DNA of 24,000 nucleotides, from NCBI RefSeq assembly GCF_004297265.1, contig NZ_SCUT01000030.1, forward strand, positions 95,447-119,446, given 5' to 3'. Origin of the DNA: Reyranella sp. GTDB lineage: Bacteria; Pseudomonadota; Alphaproteobacteria; Reyranellales; Reyranellaceae. The notes below the pieces were generated by a model. It made no database searches, had not been told where the DNA came from, and saw nothing but the letters and a program-made list of their open reading frames with translations. Shown piece by piece: positions 18,854 through 24,000 of the stretch; the stretch's first letter is position 1, and each line of letters begins with the position of its first letter. The position numbers were made by a program, and so were the translations under genes.

Positions 18854-18982
18854 TCGCTGCGCTCTGTGTCCGGTCTTCTTGGCGGAAGACGAAGAGGTAG
18901 AGCGCCACTCTTCGCATTGCAATAGGATTGACTGCCATAATCCCATGGTTCAGCAGGGATTTTTCGGTGTCCTGAGGCGAAA

Positions 18983-19960
18983 ATGCAGTTTGCGGGCAAA
19001 AAGATTCTGATCACCGGCGGGGCCGGATTCCTGGGAACCAACCTGGCTCTGAAATTGACGGCCCTCGGCGCCAGACTGCGTCTCACGATGCATCGGAAGC
19101 CTCTTCAGGTCGCGTTCCCTGACGCCGAACTCGTGCAAGCCGACCTGCGACGCCCCGAGGATTGCGCCCGCGTCGTCGAAGGAATGGACGTCGTCTTCAT
19201 CTGCTCGGCACAGACTTCCGGCGCGGGCGTCATCCGCACCACTCCCCTGGTGCATGTCACGCCCAACGTGCTGATCAACAGCCTCCTCCTCGAAGCCGCC
19301 TACCAGGCGCAGGTGAAGAAGGTGTGCTTCATTTCGAGCGGCGCCGCCTATCCGGGGACGGGCGCGCGGCCCGTGACGGAAGCGGAGATGTTCAACGGCG
19401 ATCCGGAGGAGGTCTATTTTCCCGCCGGCTGGATGAAGCGCTACGCCGAGATCCTCTGCCGGACCTATGCCGAGAAGATCGCGAATCCGATGCCCACCGT
19501 GGTCATCCGCCCCTCCAACGTCTACGGCCCCTACGACAAGTTCGACTTTGCCGTGAGCCACGTCACGGCCGCGCTGGTGCGGCGGGTCGCCGAACGGCAG
19601 ACGCCGCTCCAAGTGTGGGGCACCGGCGACGACATCCGGGACCTGATCTACATCGACGATTTCGTCGAGGGCACCCTTGCCGCCGTCGCGACGGACCGGC
19701 CGTTCCTGGCCATCAACATCTGCGCCGGCCAAGGCTATGCCGTCCGGCAGGTCCTCGAAACGCTGCTGGACGTCGATGCATTCCACGACGCCCAAGTGAC
19801 GTTCGATGCCTCGAAACCCAGCACGGTTCCCGTGCGCCTGATGGACAATGGTCTCGCCCGCTCGCTGCTCGGCTTCGAGGCGAAGCTATCCCTGGCGGAA
19901 GGCCTCCGGCGAACCCTGGCCTGGTACAGGAGCGACCCGGCCAGCCCGGCGCGCCGCTAG
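18983..19960 (+). CDS. Extended SDR, GDP-L-fucose synthase (Fcl/GMER)-like, non-canonical active site
   Basis: ATG 18983 with a GAGG RBS. GGAGFLG Rossmann motif. Strong Fcl-like blocks: IRPSNVYGPYDKFDFAVSHVTAALVRR, QVWGTGDDIRDLIYIDD, FDASKPSTVPVRLMD. The YxxxK region reads PAGWMKRY, so Tyr is replaced. Confidence 0.85.
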   Translation: MQFAGKKILITGGAGFLGTNLALKLTALGARLRLTMHRKPLQVAFPDAELVQADLRRPEDCARVVEGMDVVFICSAQTSGAGVIRTTPLVHVTPNVLINSLLLEAAYQAQVKKVCFISSGAAYPGTGARPVTEAEMFNGDPEEVYFPAGWMKRYAEILCRTYAEKIANPMPTVVIRPSNVYGPYDKFDFAVSHVTAALVRRVAERQTPLQVWGTGDDIRDLIYIDDFVEGTLAAVATDRPFLAINICAGQGYAVRQVLETLLDVDAFHDAQVTFDASKPSTVPVRLMDNGLARSLLGFEAKLSLAEGLRRTLAWYRSDPASPARR

Positions 19961-21051
19961 AACGGGCCCCTGAAGCGCTTGTAGCCTTCGGTCATCGATC
20001 GCTCGACCGGAAGCTCGATGCCGTGGCGGCTGCCACAAACCTGCGTCAGGATTGCTTCCACGGTCTCGTGCTGGCTCGGGTAGTAGATGTCCTCGAGGCT
20101 CTTCGCCGTCGGGCAAGGTGCCGCGGCCATGCCGAGCATCGCTGGCGCCTGCCGCAACATCGCCGGATCCCGCATCATGACCTGACGGCAGACCTCGCCA
20201 GCCACGCCATACTCGAGCCAGGACGTATCAGCGATGACCAGACGGCCCGTCTTGCGGATGCTGCCGATCACCAGCTCCCAATCCGGGTGACTGATGGAGT
20301 TGAGATCGATGACTTCGACCTCGATGCCTGCCTTCTCGGCAACGTACTGGGCCGCGCGCAACGCCTCGAGCACCATCACCGACGTCGCCACGACCGTCAC
20401 GTCGCGCCCTTCGCGGGCCACGTAGCTGGTGAGCGGGATCGGCTTCGCCGGCGTCCCGGCGGAAACGGAGAAGTCCAGGTTGTAGAGGAGCCGGTGCTCG
20501 ATGCTCACCACCGGGCCCGGATGCCGGACGATGATCTGCGGATACATGTCCACGATCGCCTGGCTGGTCGACGGCATGACGACCGTCAGGCCGGGATAAT
20601 GGGCGAACGTCGCCTGCGGGCTCTGCGAATGCTGGGCGCCCTGCCCCCAGCTGCGCCCGACGACGAGGCGGATCAGCATGGGGCACGACATGATGCCGCC
20701 GAACATGTAGCGGTACTTCGAGGCCAGGTTGACGATCTGGTTCATCGCCAGGAACGAGAAGTCGGCGCGGATGTGCGTTGTGATCGGATAGTCGCCGACC
20801 AACGCCGCACCGATCGCCACGCCCGTCATGCCTTCTTCCATCAACGGAACGTCGAACACGCGCTGGGCGCCGTACTTCTGCGCGAGGCCGGTGGTCGAGC
20901 CGAAGATGCCCTTAAAGTCGTCGACGCCCTGGCCCATGATGAAGACGTTCGGATGGTCGGCCAGCGCCGAGTCCATCGTCTCCAGCAGCGCACCGGCATA
21001 GGACAGGACGCGCGTCTGTGTCGACGGACGCTCTTTCGAAGAGACGTTCAT
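19957..21051 (-). CDS. TPP-dependent 2-oxoacid dehydrogenase E1 component, beta subunit-like (Transket_pyr + Transketolase_C)
   Basis: 364 aa with FDVPLMEEGMTGVAIGAALVG (pyrimidine-binding domain) and a C-terminal transketolase-C-like domain (GRDVTVVATSVMVLEALRAA...IEVEVIDL). ATG at 21049-21051, 14 nt after the alpha-subunit stop. Confidence 0.85.
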   Translation of the reverse strand: MNVSSKERPSTQTRVLSYAGALLETMDSALADHPNVFIMGQGVDDFKGIFGSTTGLAQKYGAQRVFDVPLMEEGMTGVAIGAALVGDYPITTHIRADFSFLAMNQIVNLASKYRYMFGGIMSCPMLIRLVVGRSWGQGAQHSQSPQATFAHYPGLTVVMPSTSQAIVDMYPQIIVRHPGPVVSIEHRLLYNLDFSVSAGTPAKPIPLTSYVAREGRDVTVVATSVMVLEALRAAQYVAEKAGIEVEVIDLNSISHPDWELVIGSIRKTGRLVIADTSWLEYGVAGEVCRQVMMRDPAMLRQAPAMLGMAAAPCPTAKSLEDIYYPSQHETVEAILTQVCGSRHGIELPVERSMTEGYKRFRGPF

Positions 21052-21065
21052 GCTTCAAGCCCTGT

Positions 21066-21992
21066 CTAGATGATGTCGGTCAGCAGTTCATCGCGCCCCG
21101 GGAAGGGGCTTGTCTCGGCGAACTCGGCGGCTGCCGCGATCTCCCGATCGATCTCCGGCTTGAGCTCGGCAACGAGCTTCTCGTCGAGCAGCAGCGGATC
21201 GCGCGCCTTCCAGGCGTCGATGTCGGTCGCGTTGCGATACCCGAAATGGAAATCGTCGCCGACGCCGACATGCTCCTTGTAGCGCCCGGTTGCGATCTCG
21301 AGGACGAAGGGGCGGCCTGCCCGTACGACGGACAACGCATCCAGCGTGGCCTGCCGGATCGCCAGCATGTCCCAACCCTCGTCCAGCCGTCGCGCTTCGA
21401 TGCCGAAGGTCTTGGCGTGTTCGAGCAGATTGTAGGATTGCCGGGCGTTCTTGAAACTGTGCACGGCGAGCCCGTTATCCTCGCACAGGAACAGGACCGG
21501 CACCTTCATGAGTGCCGCGAAGTTCAGGCTCTCGTGGTAGACGCCCTCCTCGGTCGCACCGTCGCCGAACACCGCGACGGCCACGCGCGAGCTGCCCCGG
21601 CGCTTGAACGAGAGCGCCGCGCCGACGGCGTGGGGAATGGAACTGGCGACGACGGCGGAGGAGCCCATCAGCCCGACTTCCGGCGCCGACAGGTGCATCG
21701 AGCCAGCCTTTCCCTTGGAGACGCCGCCGACGCGGCCATAGAGTTCCGCGAACATCTTGGGCAGCGAGCCGCCCTTGGCGATGTAGAAGCCATGCGAGCG
21801 ATAGGTCGCAAACACGAGATCGTCGACGTTCAAGGCGTCGCAAACCCCGACGGCTACGGCTTCCTGGCCGATCGACAGATGAACGGGGCTTTGGATCCTG
21901 TCGGAGGGGTAGAGCTCGATGATGCGCTCTTCGACCAGCCTGATCGTCAGCGCTGTCCGGAAAAGTCGGCGGTAGCGCTCGTCGCTGTCCAT
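21066..21992 (-). CDS. TPP-dependent 2-oxoacid dehydrogenase E1 component, alpha subunit-like
   Basis: E1_dh-like: ELYPSDRIQSPVHLSIGQEA, YRSHG, and the TPP motif GDGATEEG-x-CEDNG (GDG...N spacing ~27). The listed ORF begins at a TTG (21995); the adjacent ATG at 21990-21992 is the more likely start. Confidence 0.85.
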   Translation of the reverse strand: MDSDERYRRLFRTALTIRLVEERIIELYPSDRIQSPVHLSIGQEAVAVGVCDALNVDDLVFATYRSHGFYIAKGGSLPKMFAELYGRVGGVSKGKAGSMHLSAPEVGLMGSSAVVASSIPHAVGAALSFKRRGSSRVAVAVFGDGATEEGVYHESLNFAALMKVPVLFLCEDNGLAVHSFKNARQSYNLLEHAKTFGIEARRLDEGWDMLAIRQATLDALSVVRAGRPFVLEIATGRYKEHVGVGDDFHFGYRNATDIDAWKARDPLLLDEKLVAELKPEIDREIAAAAEFAETSPFPGRDELLTDII

Positions 21993-22067
21993 CAAACTAC
22001 ATTCCCCAAGCCTGAAAGTCGGCCATTCCGGCCGCCGGTGCCGCCTCTCCTAGCGATACACCTGCAA

Positions 22068-23018
22068 CTATTCAACATTCCGGTTGGCCCGATACCAGGC
22101 GAGCAGTTCGGTCAGTCCGTCCTGAACCGACGTTGCCGGACGCCAACCCGTGGCTTCCATGAACCGGCGCCCAGAAACGCGCAGCATCGCAGGGCCCAGA
22201 TTCTGGCCTTCCAGTTCGACCTCCGCATCGCCAAAGCCGTCGGCGTCGAGCAGCGCCTCCAGGATCGACCGGACCGAGACTTCGTCCGGAGTTGCCACGT
22301 TGAAAGCCCGGAAGCCCCGTTCGTCGGGCCGGCAGACCGCTTTCACGGCCGCGGCCAGATCGCGGGCGTGGATCAGGTTTCGCGTCTGGGTACCATCTCC
22401 GGCCAGCCGGATCGGCCGGGTGCGCTCGACCACCCGTCGGACGAGCGACGGCAGGAAGTGGCCTGTTCGCGGGTCGAAGTCGTCGTGCGGACCGTAGACG
22501 AGGGTCGGTCTCAGGACGATGGCGGAGTCCAGCCAACCCAGCGTCCTGACATACCATTCGAGCTGTTTTTCCAGGTAGCGGTGCATCCACCCCACCCCGA
22601 ACCAGTGCCCCGGTGGATTGCCGGACTCGTATTGCTCCTCCTCCAGCAACTCCGTGGCGGGCGGATAGCCCGTGCAGGAGCTGACGAGCACGACATGCCT
22701 CGCGTCGCCTCGTGCCGCGGCTTCCAGGGCATTGGTGACGATACGCAGGTTGTCGAGTACCGACTCCACCGGCTCCTCCCGCAGCACGGCACTGGTGGAG
22801 ACCCGGCCGGCGCACAGGACGACCGTGTTGCAGCCGGCGAAAGCGCGCGACGCCTGGGCCCGATCGTTGAAATCGCACTGGACCCACTGGATGCCTTCGG
22901 CGGCAAAGGGCCGGCGCGACCTGTAGGTCGCAACCACGGGCTCTCCCGTCGGGCCAGCGAGCACCTCGACGACGTGCCTTCCGATCAGGCCCGTCGCACC
23001 CGCCACTGCGATCGTCAT
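22068..23018 (-). CDS. Extended SDR, Fcl/GMER-like paralog, non-canonical active site
   Basis: MTIAVAGATGLIG Rossmann motif at ATG 23016-23018 (GAAGGA upstream; alternative ATG at 23039). Fcl-like blocks VSSCTGYP, LRPTLVYGPHDDFDPRTGHFLPSLVRR, GDGTQTRNLIHARD. The YxxxK region reads GVGWMHRY, so Tyr and Lys are both replaced. Confidence 0.8.
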   Translation of the reverse strand: MTIAVAGATGLIGRHVVEVLAGPTGEPVVATYRSRRPFAAEGIQWVQCDFNDRAQASRAFAGCNTVVLCAGRVSTSAVLREEPVESVLDNLRIVTNALEAAARGDARHVVLVSSCTGYPPATELLEEEQYESGNPPGHWFGVGWMHRYLEKQLEWYVRTLGWLDSAIVLRPTLVYGPHDDFDPRTGHFLPSLVRRVVERTRPIRLAGDGTQTRNLIHARDLAAAVKAVCRPDERGFRAFNVATPDEVSVRSILEALLDADGFGDAEVELEGQNLGPAMLRVSGRRFMEATGWRPATSVQDGLTELLAWYRANRNVE

Positions 23019-23150
23019 CGTCCTTCGGTCTCCCCTCATCTGCTTGCCGCGTCGACCGTAACCGCCGGCCGGCAGATTGTCGCATAGTTCGGTCGACCGG
23101 GCCGTTGGACGTGCTAAGGAACGCGCGCAAACGGACGAGTTGACGGGAAA

Positions 23151-24000
23151 ATGGGAATGTCGCCGCAGCAGCGCCTTGGACAGAAAGAATTCGAAGTCGC
23201 GGTCGGGATCCCGGCGGGAAGCCTGGACGAGCGCACCAAGGCGCTCCTGGAGAAGACCCCGCTGCTGTTTTCAGCCCTCGACGACCAAGCCCAGGCGGCC
23301 GCGCGCGCGAACGTGGCCGAGGACATCGACCGCGGTTTCACGGTCGTCGGCGAGCATCGCGCCTCCATCTGGCGCGACGCGTGGCAAGATCACCTGGACG
23401 ATTTCATCGGGTCCGGACACGCGCTGGAAGCGCTCAATCCGCGGTTCGTGGGCGGCACCGTCCTCCTGCGCTGGCAGGGCGCCTATATCGAGGGTGTCAC
23501 CGAGCGCTTCGAGCTGGCCTTCCTCGAGATCTTCCGCGACTGGCTGTTCCGGACCTATCTTGCGGATGCGTCGCATCTCTACGAGTTCGGCAGCGGCAGC
23601 GCCTTCAACGTCGCAGCCTATGCGAAACTCTATCCACAGACCTCGATCACCGCGCTCGACTGGGCACCCGCTGCGGTGAAGATCGCCGACCTGCTGGGCG
23701 AGCGGCATGGCATGAAGATCTCCGGCCGGCGGTTCGATTTCTTCGCCCCGGAAAGCGGTTTCGAGTTCGCTCCTAACAGCAGCGTGCTGACCATGTGTGC
23801 GCTGGAACAGGTGGGCGACAGGTTCCAGCCGTTCCTGGATTTCCTCCTCGCAAAGCGCCCGCAGCGAGTGGTGCATGTGGAGCCCATGCTGGAACTCTAC
23901 GATCCGGATCTGCCGCACGACGCCCTGGCCATCCGGTATCACCAGCAGCGCAAGTACCTCAGCGGGCTCCTGCCTCATCTGCGCTCGCTCGAGAAGGCCG
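23151..24000 (+). CDS. Class I SAM-dependent methyltransferase (putative), 3' end beyond window; not in the supplied ORF track
   Basis: My own translation from ATG 23151 (in-frame stop TAA at 23115) is open to nt 24000: MGMSPQQRLGQKEFEVAVGIP...HLYEFGSGSAFNVAAYAKLYPQTSITALDWAP...VLTMCALEQV.... It has a motif I-like EFGSGSAFN, G/C-rich third codon positions and ordinary amino-acid composition. The listed competing ORFs (23077..23679 +, 23271..23978 -) are Arg/Ser/Pro-rich or antisense. Confidence 0.6.
   Translation, partial: MGMSPQQRLGQKEFEVAVGIPAGSLDERTKALLEKTPLLFSALDDQAQAAARANVAEDIDRGFTVVGEHRASIWRDAWQDHLDDFIGSGHALEALNPRFVGGTVLLRWQGAYIEGVTERFELAFLEIFRDWLFRTYLADASHLYEFGSGSAFNVAAYAKLYPQTSITALDWAPAAVKIADLLGERHGMKISGRRFDFFAPESGFEFAPNSSVLTMCALEQVGDRFQPFLDFLLAKRPQRVVHVEPMLELYDPDLPHDALAIRYHQQRKYLSGLLPHLRSLEKA

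Noticed and set aside
18854-18946. 31-codon N-terminal extension of the radical SAM ORF (start at 18946)
   Set aside because: This stretch uses many A/T-ending codons that are rare elsewhere in the window (tta, tca, cta, caa, tct, aga) and has no RBS. It would leave only 36 bp for a divergent promoter, so ATG 18853 is preferred.
18854-18982. Cobalamin riboswitch or RiPP precursor peptide next to the B12-radical SAM gene
   Set aside because: The leader is only 129 nt, and I could not find a B12-box-like or GCCACTG-type core. No plausible small ORF with an RBS is present, and the enzyme lacks a SPASM-type Cys-rich domain, so a RiPP system is unlikely.
23077-23978. Listed ORFs 23077..23679 (+) and 23271..23978 (-)
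   Set aside because: Both overlap a third frame (23151 onward, +) that has normal composition, G/C-rich third positions and a methyltransferase motif. The listed ones are Arg/Ser/Pro-rich or antisense-like.

Overview
High-GC (probably alphaproteobacterial; inferred, not verified) chromosomal segment that is almost entirely coding. Most long ORFs in the six-frame track are antisense or out-of-frame shadows typical of high GC. I kept only frames with recognisable family motifs, G/C-rich third codon positions and sensible start/RBS context. The left ~9 kb (1-8858) is ordinary housekeeping: purN (5' truncated), a small 2-TM protein, ndk, a YheS-like ABC-F ATPase, an MFS transporter, a cyclase-family protein, an FkbM-type methyltransferase, holC and pepA. 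The right ~15 kb (9003 to the window end) is the interesting part. It is a compact locus of 12 predicted soluble proteins in six transcription units of alternating orientation. Its members are: a nucleotide-sugar dehydrogenase; two distantly paralogous atypical GT-A-like proteins, one co-transcribed with a TPR protein; a fused NDP-heptose-type nucleotidyltransferase/GmhB phosphatase; a B12-binding radical SAM enzyme coupled to an aldo/keto reductase; two Fcl-like SDRs that both lack the canonical YxxxK tyrosine; a stand-alone TPP-dependent E1 alpha/beta pair with no E2/E3; and a SAM methyltransferase that runs off the window and is missing from the ORF track. No exporter, polymerase, polyprenyl-phosphate initiating transferase or transmembrane protein is visible in the locus. 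My working hypothesis is a pathway that builds a heavily tailored (C-branched, C-methylated or O-methylated), possibly heptose-derived nucleotide sugar and transfers it in the cytoplasm. This is inference and needs HMM, structure and genome-context checks. I saw no CRISPR array, IS element, tRNA or rRNA.
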